Shown here piece after piece: positions 45,469 through 57,082 of a stretch of 64,000 nucleotides of DNA; positions within the stretch are counted from its first letter, which is position 1, and each line of letters opens with the position of its first letter. The stretch is from Eledone cirrhosa (taxonomy: Eukaryota). The stretch lies in assembly GCA_964016885.1 (NCBI GenBank), contig OZ024744.1, positions 92,194,001 to 92,258,000 on the forward strand, read 5' to 3'. Both the position numbers and the translations under genes were made by a program. The notes under the pieces were generated by a model. It had not been told where the DNA came from, did no database searches, and saw only the letters and a program-made list of their open reading frames with translations.

Positions 45469-45729
45469 TAAAAAATAATAAAAGTGTTTGGGTGGATGTG
45501 ACAAGAATAGGAACCATTTTTACCAAAGAAATATAACATAGATCTTTCTTTGATCTATAAATAACTTATTTGAAAGAATTGAAAAAAAAAATTTTTTCTG
45601 AACATTATTTCACTTTATTTTTGGCCAGCATTTAAAATTCTTTTTTGGGTTTTTACTGCCAATATACAATATACAGAGCAATTGTGAAAGCTCCTGGTAA
45701 ATTTTATATAAAAAAAAACCTGTGAAATA

Positions 45730-47005
45730 AAATTGTTTCTACTTTAGGCACAAGGCCAGCAATTAGAAGGGAAAAGAGAGTGGAAAAAGTTGATTAAATC
45801 GACCCTAGTGCATTACTGGTACTTTACTTTATTTACCCCGTAAGGATGAAAGGCAAAGTTAACCTCGCCGGGATTTATAATAATAATAATTGTTTCTATT
45901 TTAGGCACAAGGACAGCAATTTGAAGTGGAGCGAGAGGAAAGTCAATTAAATCTATCCCAGTGTATTACTGGTACATTATTTTATCGACCCCTTCTAATC
46001 CATCTCCCTAATCTAAACTATAATAAAGTAAGGAGCGCGGGATTGTTTACGGTATATAATTTTTTATCCCATTAGTAAAATAAGTTGGATTACTTTGAAT
46101 AAATAATGAATGAATATTACATAATTTATCTACTAAATTTCGTGGCTGTTGATTAAATATATTTGATTGTTTATTTAAAGATTCACTTCTTCAAAATTTC
46201 TGAAATATCAACACTTCCGGTGGCGATCGCTTAAATAAACATACTAATTTTCTCCTAATGCAGTTTATATATAATATCATCATGGATTACGTTACTGATT
46301 ACATAAGACAGTGTAACACAGTCTTCGTTCAATTTCCTTGTATATTGTCAATTCCGATTTTATTTGATGTATCATATCTACATGTATATATACTTGTGTA
46401 TAATATCAATATACACACTACACATGTGGTTTTTCTGCTAGTAATAATAATTGTTTCTACTTTAGGCACAAGGCCAGCAATTACCCAGTGCATTACTGGT
46501 ACTTTATTTTATCGACCCCGTAAGGATGAAAGGCAAAGTCAACCTCGGCGGGCTGATTTAGGCACAAGGCCAACAACTTTTGGGGAAGGAAAAAGTCAAT
46601 TAAATCGATCCCAGTACATTACTGGTACTTTATTTTATCGACCCCGTAAGAATAAAAGGTAAAGCTAACCTTGGCGGGATTTGAACTCAGAACGTAAATA
46701 ATGGTTTCTGATTTAGGCACAAGTCCAGCAATTTAAAGGGGGGGGGGGGGGGAATGTCAATTAAATCAACCCCAGTACATTAGTGGTACTTTATTTTATC
46801 GACCCCGTAAGAATAAAAGACAAAGTTAACCTCTGGTATTTGAATACAAAACGTAAAGGTATGTAACTCTATGCCACAACGTAAAGGTATGTAACTATAT
46901 GCCACAACGTAAAGGTATGTAACTATATGCCACAACGTAAAGGTATGTAACTCTATGCCACAAAGCATGTGGTCTGATGCTCTACCAATACTGGCAATCC
47001 ACCGC
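45730..47005 (-). mobile_element. Second SINE cluster (~5 partial or full copies); the last has an internal 28-bp x4 tandem at 46849-46962
   Basis: Repeated AGGCACAAG..TGGTACTTTATTTTATCGACCCCGTAAG blocks near 45745, 45902, 46463, 46560 and 46714. Confidence 0.85.
46012..46441 (+). mobile_element. Non-autonomous Helitron-like element
   Basis: A|TCTAAACTATAATAAAG 5' end and TTCTGCTAG|T 3' end. A similar 3' end with hairpin CCCG..CGGG lies at 20427-20455 (-). Confidence 0.5.
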
Positions 47006-47206
47006 TCTCCAAATTAAAGTAAAATAATACAAGATTATAGATGCAGGTTCAATTCTCAGGTTTTTTTTTTCATTGACTTTCATTTTGGCTTTGTATATTT
47101 ATTTCTACAAGGAACTCTTTTAAAATAAAATTTTAAAAATTTAATGTAAACATATTTCCCATTAAATGTTATTTTTTCCAAATATATATATGTATATATA
47201 TATGTA

Positions 47207-47284
<78 letters not shown>

Positions 47285-47286
<2 letters not shown>

Positions 47287-47360
47287 CGAAGGAAATATGG
47301 TAAGGAACCAGGTAGACCATAACGCACCAAAGTACTCAATACTTAGGGTAGTTACTTGTT

Positions 47361-47365
<5 letters not shown>
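47285..47365 (-). mobile_element. Fourth, short copy of the 22474-23609 family
   Basis: AACGAAGGAAATATGGTAAGGAACCAGGTAGACCATAACGCACCAAAGTACTC...GTTCCTAT between (TA)n tracts. Confidence 0.75.
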
Positions 47366-47395
<30 letters not shown>

Positions 47396-47424
47396 CTACC
47401 AATCAATCAATGGTAGGGTCTAAA

Positions 47425-47464
<40 letters not shown>

Positions 47465-47501
47465 ACATATATATGTATACATATATATGTATATATATAT
47501 A

Positions 47502-47549
<48 letters not shown>

Positions 47550-47561
47550 ATATATATACTC

Positions 47562-47609
<48 letters not shown>

Positions 47610-47652
47610 TTTATATATATATTATATATATATAATATATTATATATATACT

Positions 47653-47723
<71 letters not shown>

Positions 47724-47740
47724 AATTAGTATATCTACCA

Positions 47741-47856
<116 letters not shown>

Positions 47857-47911
47857 GTATATATATAATATATTATATATATATAATATATATATAAAAC
47901 ATATATATATA

Positions 47912-50000
47912 TAGTTTTGCGAGGTTTTTTATATGAAATCGTGTGTCGAAACAAATATTGTTATACTTGGGGAGGGTCATATTTGTGTAATATTGCCAGA
48001 ATTAATAACAGAACACACTCACTGTTTGGTTGGTTTTCGCTTCTGTGTCTTTTATATCGGTAATCTAATTTATTCGGTCCTCAATGTTGCCATTGACTGA
48101 CCAACGGTCAAAAATACAGATACAATATAGACACAAACACATATATATAGTTTATCAAAGTTCTTTCGTTGCACATCTACAACATCGTCAGTGGTGCTAT
48201 TGTTTCCTCCCGTTGTATTGTATTTTCTACGCTATCTTTATTTAGTCTGTTTAGATATTTATTTATTTGTTTATTTTATTTTGTCTTCTTTGCACATGCG
48301 TTTGTGTGTGGGTATAGTGTTTTGTTTGATGTGTGTTCGTGATTGGGTGACTGTGTATTGGTTAATGTATTCTATCTTTACTAGTGTGTGTGTTATATGT
48401 GTTTGTTGTTATTGTGCTTGTGTATGTATTAATTTATTTATTTATCTATTTATTTATTTATTTATACTTCTCTTACGTCAGTGTTGTTTGTTTGGGTGTT
48501 GTTGTTATTCCATTCATTTTTTCTGTTTAGCCCTGGCTTTCTAAGTTCTATTTCACTGGCCTCTCTGATTTGCCTATCTGCTGGGTCATTTCTATGTTTA
48601 GATATTATTCTAATTTCTATGTTGTCTATATTACCGTCGTGTTGTTGTCTGGCATGTTCATATAGTACTGAACCGTTTTTTTCGTCCTTTTAGTTCCCCT
48701 CAGTGTTGGTCTATCCTTTCACCTATGCTACCGGCTGTCTCGCTTATGATGTTGTTGTCATGTTTCTGCAAGTACCCTCTGTACATCTTATGCTATAGAC
48801 TACGTTTCTAGTTTTACAGTTTATCATAGAACTGGACATGAAAAGAATTTGCCCATTATACAGGAGCAAATCATGGAATAGCTTAGATAGGGCTAGACAT
48901 AAGATAGGGAAAGCCACCTCATTGTACGACAACCAGAGATACCAGAGTGTCATGTTTGTGGACGCTACCCCTGGAGGGAAATTAGCTAACCAGTGTAGAA
49001 AAGCCCTGAGAAAGACCCACTTAAAGATTAAGGTGGTAGAAAAGCCAGGAACCATCATAAAATCCCTGATCAGCAAAACCTACCCTTTCAAGAAAACCCA
49101 CTGTACTAATAGGAAATGTATCATATGTAAGGTAAACCACCGGATAAACTGTAAAACTAGAAACGTAGTCTATAGCATAAGATGTACAGAGGGTACTGGC
49201 AGAAACATGACAACAACATACATAGGCGAGACAGCTCGTAGCATAGGTGAAAGGATAGACCAACACTGGGGGAGAAGAGGAACTAAAAGGACGAAAAAAC
49301 GGTTCAGTACTATACGAACATGCCACACAACAACACGACGGTAACATAGACAACATAGAAATTAGAATAATATCTAAACATAGAAATGACCCAGCAGATA
49401 GGCAAATCAAAGAGGCCAGTGAAATAGAACTTAAAAAGTCAAGGCTAAACAGAAAAAAATGAATGGAATAACAACAACACCCAAACAAACAACACTGACC
49501 TAAGAGAAGTATAAATAAATAAATAGATAAATAAATAAATTAATACATACACAAGCACAATAACAACAAACACATATAAACACACACTAATAAAGATAGA
49601 ATACATTAACCAATACACAGTCACCCAATCACGAACACACATCAAACAAAACACTATACACACGCAAACGCATGCGCAAAGAAGACAAAATAAAATAAAC
49701 AAATAAATAAATATATAAACAGAATAAATAAAGATGGCGTAGAAAATACAATGCAACGGGAGGAAACAATAGCACCACTGACGATGTTGCAGATGTGCAA
49801 CGAAAGAACTTTGATAAACTATATATATGTGTTTGTGTCTATATTGTATCTGTATTTTTGACCGTTGGTCAGTCAATGGCAACATTGAGGACCGAATAAA
49901 TTAGATTACCGATATAAAAGACACAGAAGCGAAAACCAACCAAACAGTGAATGTGGTCTGCTATTAATTCTGGCAATATTACACAAATATGACCCTCCCC
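47912..50000 (+). mobile_element. Penelope-like retroelement 3' fragment with long 5' inverted arm, inserted in (TA)n
   Basis: 47969-48825 is an imperfect reverse complement of ~49143-50000. The central part encodes the RT C-terminal/linker region and a GIY-YIG endonuclease. Confidence 0.88.
48826..49512 (+). pseudogene. PLE ORF remnant: linker Cys motif plus GIY-YIG endonuclease (frameshifted near 49270)
   Basis: PLYRSKSW...CTNRKCIIC...CKTRNVVYSIRC...YIGETARSIGERIDQH. A shifted frame continues H..QHDG...DPADRQIKEA..LNRKNEW. Confidence 0.85.
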
Positions 50001-50061
50001 TATATATATATATACACGAGTATATATATTATATATATACATATATATATATAATATATAT

Positions 50062-50171
<110 letters not shown>

Positions 50172-50299
50172 TGTGTGTCTGTGTGTCTGTGTGTGTGTGT
50201 GTCTGTCTCTGTGTGTTTATGTATATATATATAAAACAGTAAATATACATATACACACATACATACATGCATATATGCATATATACACACACATATCGG

Positions 50300-50412
50300 A
50301 ATCCCTGTTGATGAAATGAATCCTCTGTTCGATCATGGAATACTACAAACTTGCGTGTTACGTAAGTTGGATAAATGATTCCGGATTCATAGAAACACCT
50401 CAGAGGTATATC
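50300..50412 (+). ncRNA. Probable decayed hammerhead with long stem II
   Basis: TTGATGA-aATGAATCC...GGATTCATa-GAAA-cACCTCaGAGGT. The core C3 is mutated and no stem I is visible. Confidence 0.4.
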
Positions 50413-50623
50413 GTTTGATTTGTCTAGGTCTGTTTTTTCCTTCGTTACTTTGGTATTGTATGGTTGGGTTTTGCCTACTGCAATGTTCAATTTGTCAAGC
50501 TATTTAAACGTAATGTTATTATTCTAAGGACCTACCCTTATTGAGTGCTTTGCTAACTCATTCCTATTGTAGGTCGACTTTGCTTGGCCACAGCCAAAGC
50601 TTCGATTTTATTAAGCTTCCACT

Positions 50624-50655
<32 letters not shown>

Positions 50656-52734
50656 TAAAAATGAGTGAGCACTTTCTTCATACACGGAGAAATGTGTTTG
50701 AAAAGCTAGTTGAGTTGACTTTTCATCAGAAGACTAGCAACCTTATTCGTCCAGGCACGAAGAGAATTGATTTTTTAAAATTTTTATTCTATTTACTATA
50801 TTCTATTTCATTATTATTATCATCTTTTTTTTTTTTTTGTAGTACCTTCAAAATTGACATTAAATTCTGCGTGATCATTTGAAAAAAATTTTTTTCTTTT
50901 TTAAAATCACCTTTGACACTATAATTAACACATCAGATATTCAAATTTCATTAATGCCACTTAAGCAAAATGGCTTTTTGATCTCCAGCAATGTCATTTA
51001 AGTTTTTTAACATAGGGATTTTTCTCACCAATAACATGAACAACAACAAATGAATTTTTTTAAAATAAGATAAAAAAAAAAAATACAAAAATTTAAATTT
51101 TTTACGTTAAATTATATTTAAAAAAAAAAAATAGTAATAACAATTAATTTAAAAAACAAAGGAAAAATTTAGAAAATAAATACACCATTTTTTGTGTTCC
51201 GCCTCTTTACTATATTCTGAGTTCAAACCTCGATGACATGAACTTGGCCTTTGATCTTCTCTTCCTTCCGAGATTTATGAAATAAATTAACCAGCCAAAT
51301 AACGAAGTTGATTTTAAAGGTTTAGGTGAGCTGCTGACCTCTTGTGTCCAATAGTTATGTAATGGGCAAATATTAGTTTAGCATGATGGGTTAGCATGGG
51401 TTTAGCATGGGCTAGCATTGTACAGTTATGGTGTAGTAAGGGTGTGACAAAAGCCCAACCCATCCGTGGAGCACTGACACATCACAGGGGCAGGGGGAAA
51501 AAAATGATATATCACACTAGTTGGAGTACACCTCGCCAACATCATCCTCATCATCATCATCATCACCATCACCATCATCGTCATCACCATCACCATCATC
51601 ATCATCATCATCACCATCGTCACCACCACCACCACTACCACCACCACATCTCTCTCTCTCTCTCTCTCTCTTTCTTTCTCTCACTCTCTCTTTCTGTCTC
51701 TCTCTATATATCTCTCCATTTCTCTCTCTCTTTCTTTCTTTCTTTCTCTCACACTCTCTTTCCCTCTCCTTCCTTCCATCTCTCTAAAAATGGACCCTAT
51801 TTTATAACAGAGAGCAAGAGAGAGAAGTGATTGTATGATAGGACCTTCTCCCCACCACACACTCACAAAAAAAAAATATTAAGATAAAGGAACCAGTTGT
51901 CAGATTGGACCAAGGACACAATGTTTCCATTGGCCTTTCCATTGTTGAAAGTATCTGCCAGTCACAACTGCAGAAAATGAAGAAAGGCTCCACAAACACA
52001 TGTGATATTTTCCTTTCTTCAGATTTAAATGACTGTAAAGAACACAAGCCAATGATATTCCTATATAGTTGCTTGACCTACTAGAAATAGCAATTAATTG
52101 TCCCTCGTCACACCTCCACCATCTTATCTCTTAAAATCTTGTAATGATTTATCTGAAAATATCTAAAAATAGGTTTGTTAATTCAAATGTTTATAGTATC
52201 TTTACTGGTGGACAGATTGTTGTGCAGGTTTTTAGTGTTAACTGCAATAATTTAGAAGAAAATATCTATAAACATGGTTTGTTAATTCATGTTCACAGTA
52301 TCTTTAATAGTGGAAAGATGGTTGTGAAAATTCGCAGTATAAGAGTAAAAACTTCAATATTTAATGTGATGAAGTCATAGTGTTGTTTTGTTCTTTTCAA
52401 GACTGTTTTGTTAATGCGGGTTTATGTGGCAGAGGATGTTAAGTGTTAATGAAAGGTAAAAACACAGGATAAAGTCCTAGGTATCCCTGTAAAGGTGGAT
52501 TATTCATGGAGTAAATTAGTTTGATAATAGATCTGATGGATTAGTGCTGACCTGGCTAAGCCTCAATCACAGCAATAACCACAACAACAAAGGGTCCTAA
52601 TTTAGGCACAAGGCCAGCAATATTTGTAGTAAGGGAAAATCATTTAAATCCACCTGGTACTTTACTGGTACTTTATTCTATCAACCCCAGAAGGATGAAA
52701 GCTAAAGTTGGCCTTAAATTTGTTCTAAGCTGAA

Positions 52735-53140
52735 GGCTCATCAGGCTGGTGCTTATCCTCAGGTACTTATCCTTGCGTTAAGTGCCCGAGAATACAAGAC
52801 TCTGCCTCTCCCCTGGATAGGATGCCATTCTTATACAGATTTAGCTTCCCAGCCACTGCCGGTATTCACCTCATCTGAGTATACTGGAGTAACATGAAAT
52901 GAAGTGTTTTGCTCAAGAACACAACACACAACCCAGTCAAGGAATCAAACCCATGACATTATGATCCCAAGTCCAACACACTTACCACTAAGCCACACAC
53001 CTCCACTAACATACTGGAGCAACATCAAATAAAGTGTTTTGTTCTAGAACACAACACAGCAGCCTGTCCAGGAATTGAACCAACAACATTACAATGCTAC
53101 ATCAAACATCCTAACCATTAGGCTATGCACCTTCACACAA
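52735..53140 (-). mobile_element. tRNA-headed SINE (V/CORE-like body) plus a second head copy
   Basis: Minus strand GTGGCTTAGTGGTAAG..GGGTTTGATTCC..TGTGTTCTTGAGCAAAACACTT..GGCATCCTATCCAGGGG..GGATAAGCACCAGCCTGATGAGCC. Confidence 0.7.
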
Positions 53141-53194
53141 AGTTGAGCTTGGTGAAATTTAAACTCAAAATCTACAAAGTCGTAAGTCTGAATG

Positions 53195-53387
53195 TGAGCT
53201 GAAAAGTTCAGAGGCTGACTACAAAGGAATGATGCTAGAGCTGTGAAATATTGCATGCGTTAATTTCAATTCTTATTGATAGCTGCATTGTTTCTTTCCA
53301 GGAACTATGTTGAATAATAAACCACATTTGGTCATTCATTCCATGAGAGTATCTTGGTCAGCCTACGCAAGTTTTCAGCCAACCCTC

Positions 53388-53390
<3 letters not shown>
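53195..53390 (-). mobile_element. Mariner-derived MITE copy
   Basis: GCTGAAAAGTTCAGAGGCTGAC ... GTCAGCCTAC..TTTTCAGCCAACCCTCGTA. Confidence 0.75.
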
Positions 53391-53435
<45 letters not shown>

Positions 53436-53439
<4 letters not shown>

Positions 53440-53650
53440 ATAATAATAAATCTGAAGACTAAAATCCAAAGAGGGCTCGATAAGGATAAATATATATCAA
53501 ATATATAAGAACCGTAGAGCAAATATTTATTAAAATAACAGATTAAAGTTTAAGCAAAGAATCGCTGCTTTCACCCTTAACGGAAGATCCAGTTAAGGGT
53601 GAAAGCAGCGATTCTTTGCTTAAACTTTAATCTGTTATTTTAATAAATAT
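53436..53650 (-). mobile_element. (TA)n island ending in a 59-bp perfect fold-back around a half hammerhead
   Basis: Arms 53523-53581 and 53592-53650. Contains stem-GAAA-GCA..TGC-TT. Confidence 0.65.
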
Positions 53651-53662
53651 ATATATATATAT

Positions 53663-54322
53663 ATATATTAGAAAGATCGAGTATCGAAAAATCGGCGCAC
53701 GAGTTCACGATAAACGAGATTCGACATGAGCGGCAGAGGGCTCAATAATTCAGATGAATCAGAGCTATAACTATCGTTAAAATACCGTCACATATAGATC
53801 AAGTCTACAATCAACCATACGATATAAAATCGATAAAGGAAGATTCGGGACAAACAGATAAAAAATATCAATAAAACAATACGTCAATAATTTAAATGAA
53901 TGTAAAATCATACCCGGACCCACTAGACAGGTGTTAAATCTAGCTTCATGGGTTTCTGTAAATCCTTAGACTGTACTCTATCAGCTCACATATAAATATA
54001 AAAGCCTACTAGAGCAAGCGGAACGGAGTTTTACTTTCTCAACGAGCTTTTTTCCTGGCGGTAGAGGAGCCAACTACCAGTGAAAAACGCACATGGCATT
54101 AGACAAGGGAGATAACCCCTATATCCGCGAAAACAATTCGAGTGAATGTGGAAATACACATATCGAATTAGAGTGCTCAATAGACATGTTAAAATAAAAC
54201 AAAAGCTATTCATCACTCAATAGAATCGACAAAAAATGAGCAATAAAATTAACTGGTGGATAGCTATGTCCAGAGCTAAATATATTAGAAAGATCGAGTA
54301 TCGAAAAATCGGCGCACGAGTT
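53663..54322. mobile_element. 617-nt non-coding unit with ~44-bp terminal direct repeat in (TA)n
   Basis: TATATTAGAAAGATCGAGTATCGAAAAATCGGCGCACGAGTT occurs at both ends (53671 vs 54288 register). Confidence 0.65.
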
Positions 54323-54344
54323 ATATATATATATTATATATATA

Positions 54345-54696
54345 TATTTATATTAAAATATAAATATTAATAAAATAGATGTTCTTTTGATCAATTACAT
54401 TTTATTATGGTTAAGATTTAATACATAATGGTTAAGATTTAATCAAGGTACTACCTTGATTAAATCTTAACCATTTAACATCTCAGCGTATGTCATGTAT
54501 CATTATATTTTGTCTGATGAGGACGTACTGCTGTACATCCGAAATATGTATAACAAAATGTAATTGATCAAAAGAACATCTATTTTATTAATATTTATAT
54601 TTTAATATTAATAACTCCAAAGTATTTTCACGTAGAGTGCTTCCAATCTACTGTAAAACTCATTCTTTGACATAATCATTGTATATCGTTTAACAC

Positions 54697-54700
<4 letters not shown>
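54345..54700 (+). mobile_element. Hammerhead mini-element with 5' inversion and fold-back
   Basis: ~54349-54403 is an inverted copy of ~54555-54608. A 23-bp hairpin spans 54428-54474. Hammerhead at 54507. Confidence 0.72.
54507..54559 (+). ncRNA. Type I hammerhead ribozyme
   Basis: ATTTTGT-CTGATGA-GGAcGTAC(tgct)GTACaTCC-GAAA-TATGTATA^ACAAAAT. Stem I is a perfect 7 bp. Confidence 0.88.
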
Positions 54701-54780
<80 letters not shown>

Positions 54781-54911
54781 ACGGAGAAAGAGACGATTAT
54801 TAGTAAGGAAAATATATTTTTTTCCTTTTTTATTTATTTCTCTCTTTTTTTCTGGGTTATATATATACAATGATATTAAATAAATGGAAACTATATTTAT
54901 AAAACCATATT

Positions 54912-54973
54912 TATTCTATTATATATATTTCAAGGGTACCAAAAACTTTGGTACGCTTTCATCAGATAAAATA
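54912..54973 (-). ncRNA. Type I hammerhead ribozyme (same family as 6589-6653)
   Basis: Minus strand: TATTTTAT-CTGATGA-AAGcGTACCAAA..TTGGTACcCTT-GAAA-TATATATA^ATAGAATA. Flanks ~54855-55045 are homologous to ~6520-6700. Confidence 0.85.
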
Positions 54974-55043
54974 CGAAGTGTGTTTTATAAATTTTGACAT
55001 AACCAAGGATAATATACCTTAACGGTTCAAGTTATCCCTGGAT

Positions 55044-55102
<59 letters not shown>

Positions 55103-55405
55103 GTGTATATATATACGTATATGACTATAGGTTAGTCATATATATATATGACTAACCTAACTATAGCAATCAAAGACATATTGTTAAACAAGAAAACAAC
55201 GTAAATTAATATATATATATATGTGTGTGTGTGTATGCGCATATGTATGTGTGTGTGTGGATGGGTGTCCATCTACGTATGTGTGTGGGGGGAGGGGGAG
55301 GGAACTGACTTCCATTCAGTTTCCATCTAACAAATCTCTATTAACAGGACATTGGTCAAATCAAGGCAACCGTATTATTTATTAATAGAAGAACAACCTG
55401 TTTTC

Positions 55406-55940
55406 AAGATGCCAAGGTACAAAGATGCTAAGGTGCCAAGATGCCAAGATACCAAGATGCCAAATACTAAGATGCCAAGATGCCAAGGTGACAAGATACC
55501 AAGTTGCCAAAGGGGTCAAGATGCTAAGATGCCAAGATCTCAAGTTGCCAAGATGCCAATGTGACAAGATGCCAAGTTGGCAAAGATGTCATGATGCTAA
55601 GATGCCAAGATCCCAAGTTGCCAAGATCCCAAGGTGCCCAGATGCTAAGATGTCAAGATCCCAAGGTGCCAAGATGCCAAGATGCCAAGGTGCCAAGGTG
55701 CCAAGATGCCCAGGTACTAAGATGTCAAGGTGCCAAGATGCCAAGTTGCCAAGATACCAAGATGCCAAGATGCCAAGATAGATCCTAAAATGCTAAGGTG
55801 CCAAGATGCCAAGATGACAAGATGCTAAGATCCTAAGTTGCCAAGATGCCAAGATCCCAAAATACCAAGATGCCAAGATGCCAAAATGCCAAGATCCCAA
55901 AATGCCAAGGTGCCAAGATTCCAAAATGCCAAGATGCCAA
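55406..55940. repeat. 8-bp tandem repeat (GATGCCAA)n, degenerate
   Basis: Direct reading. Confidence 0.92.
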
Positions 55941-56378
55941 TGAAAGCAAGAAAATTGAACCTGCAATCACATATGTGGTTGCTAAGTGATCGGTGACATT
56001 CTTAACCACAACAATCCTAGCTATGCCTTATATATATACTTAAGACCACCTAAAAAAAATTGAATAAGAAATTTAAAAACATGAAAAAAATGTAAAAAGA
56101 TGTAAAAAAGATGAAAATAAAAGATGACAAAACCCCCACTCCACCTCTATTTAATCAACTAACTACAACTTTGCCACAGTTCTACGCAGGCTATTGTTAC
56201 AATGACAAAAGCTGTGTAGCAGCAAACAACAATAGCATTATATACAATAACTAGAAAGAAAAAAAATGCTATATGCAATAACTAAAAATTTGAAGAACCA
56301 TTCAACCCCCATGACATATAGAATATGAAAAGGTGCCGAAAAAAAATAAAATTATAATAATAAAATATCAATAATTAA

Positions 56379-56411
<33 letters not shown>

Positions 56412-57082
56412 ATAAACAAACAAAAAGACAATGACGTAAGGAAAGCCATTTAAAAAAATTGTTTTTTTTTTTAAAGAATTCAGTAAAATAGCTAAAGGTG
56501 TCATCAATCTCTACTATGAAATGACAAAGAAAAAAAAAACACACTAGATCCCCCCCCCCCGTCCCCTCAGCTCACAAACATAACCCACCACCACCACCAT
56601 CACTACCATCACCAACACCACCACCACGACGACCACCACCACCACACCTCACACTTCCCTCAAGACTCGCTTCACACTACTCCACCAAACATCACCCGAC
56701 TCCCTCCCCTACACCCCCCTGCGCCCACAACCATAACCCCAACACCACCACTACCACCATCACCACACCACACCACACCACACCACCAGCGCTGCCGCCA
56801 CACCGCAACTACCCCCCCCCCTCAAACCTCGCTTCGCACTAATCCACCAAACCTCACCCCAGCCCCTCCCCTCTTCCCCCTGCGCCCACAACCATAACCC
56901 CACCGCCACCGCCACCACCACCACCACAATACCATACGACACCTCACACTTCCTCCAAACGTCGCTTCACCCTAATCCACCAAACCTCGCCTCACCCCAA
57001 CCCATCACAGCTCCACCCCTATTCCTGACAATAAAATATAGTAGGTGGTTCCTTTATTCATTCATTCGTTTTTTCAGGAGTG

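Noticed and set aside
51385-51420. Telomere-like GGGTTAG repeats
   Set aside because: Three degenerate 11-12-bp units (GCATGGGTTTA), not a TTAGGG array.
52725-52750. CTGATGAG on the minus strand as a hammerhead
   Set aside because: No downstream GAAA or stem II/III; it is the 3' motif of the V/CORE-like SINE.
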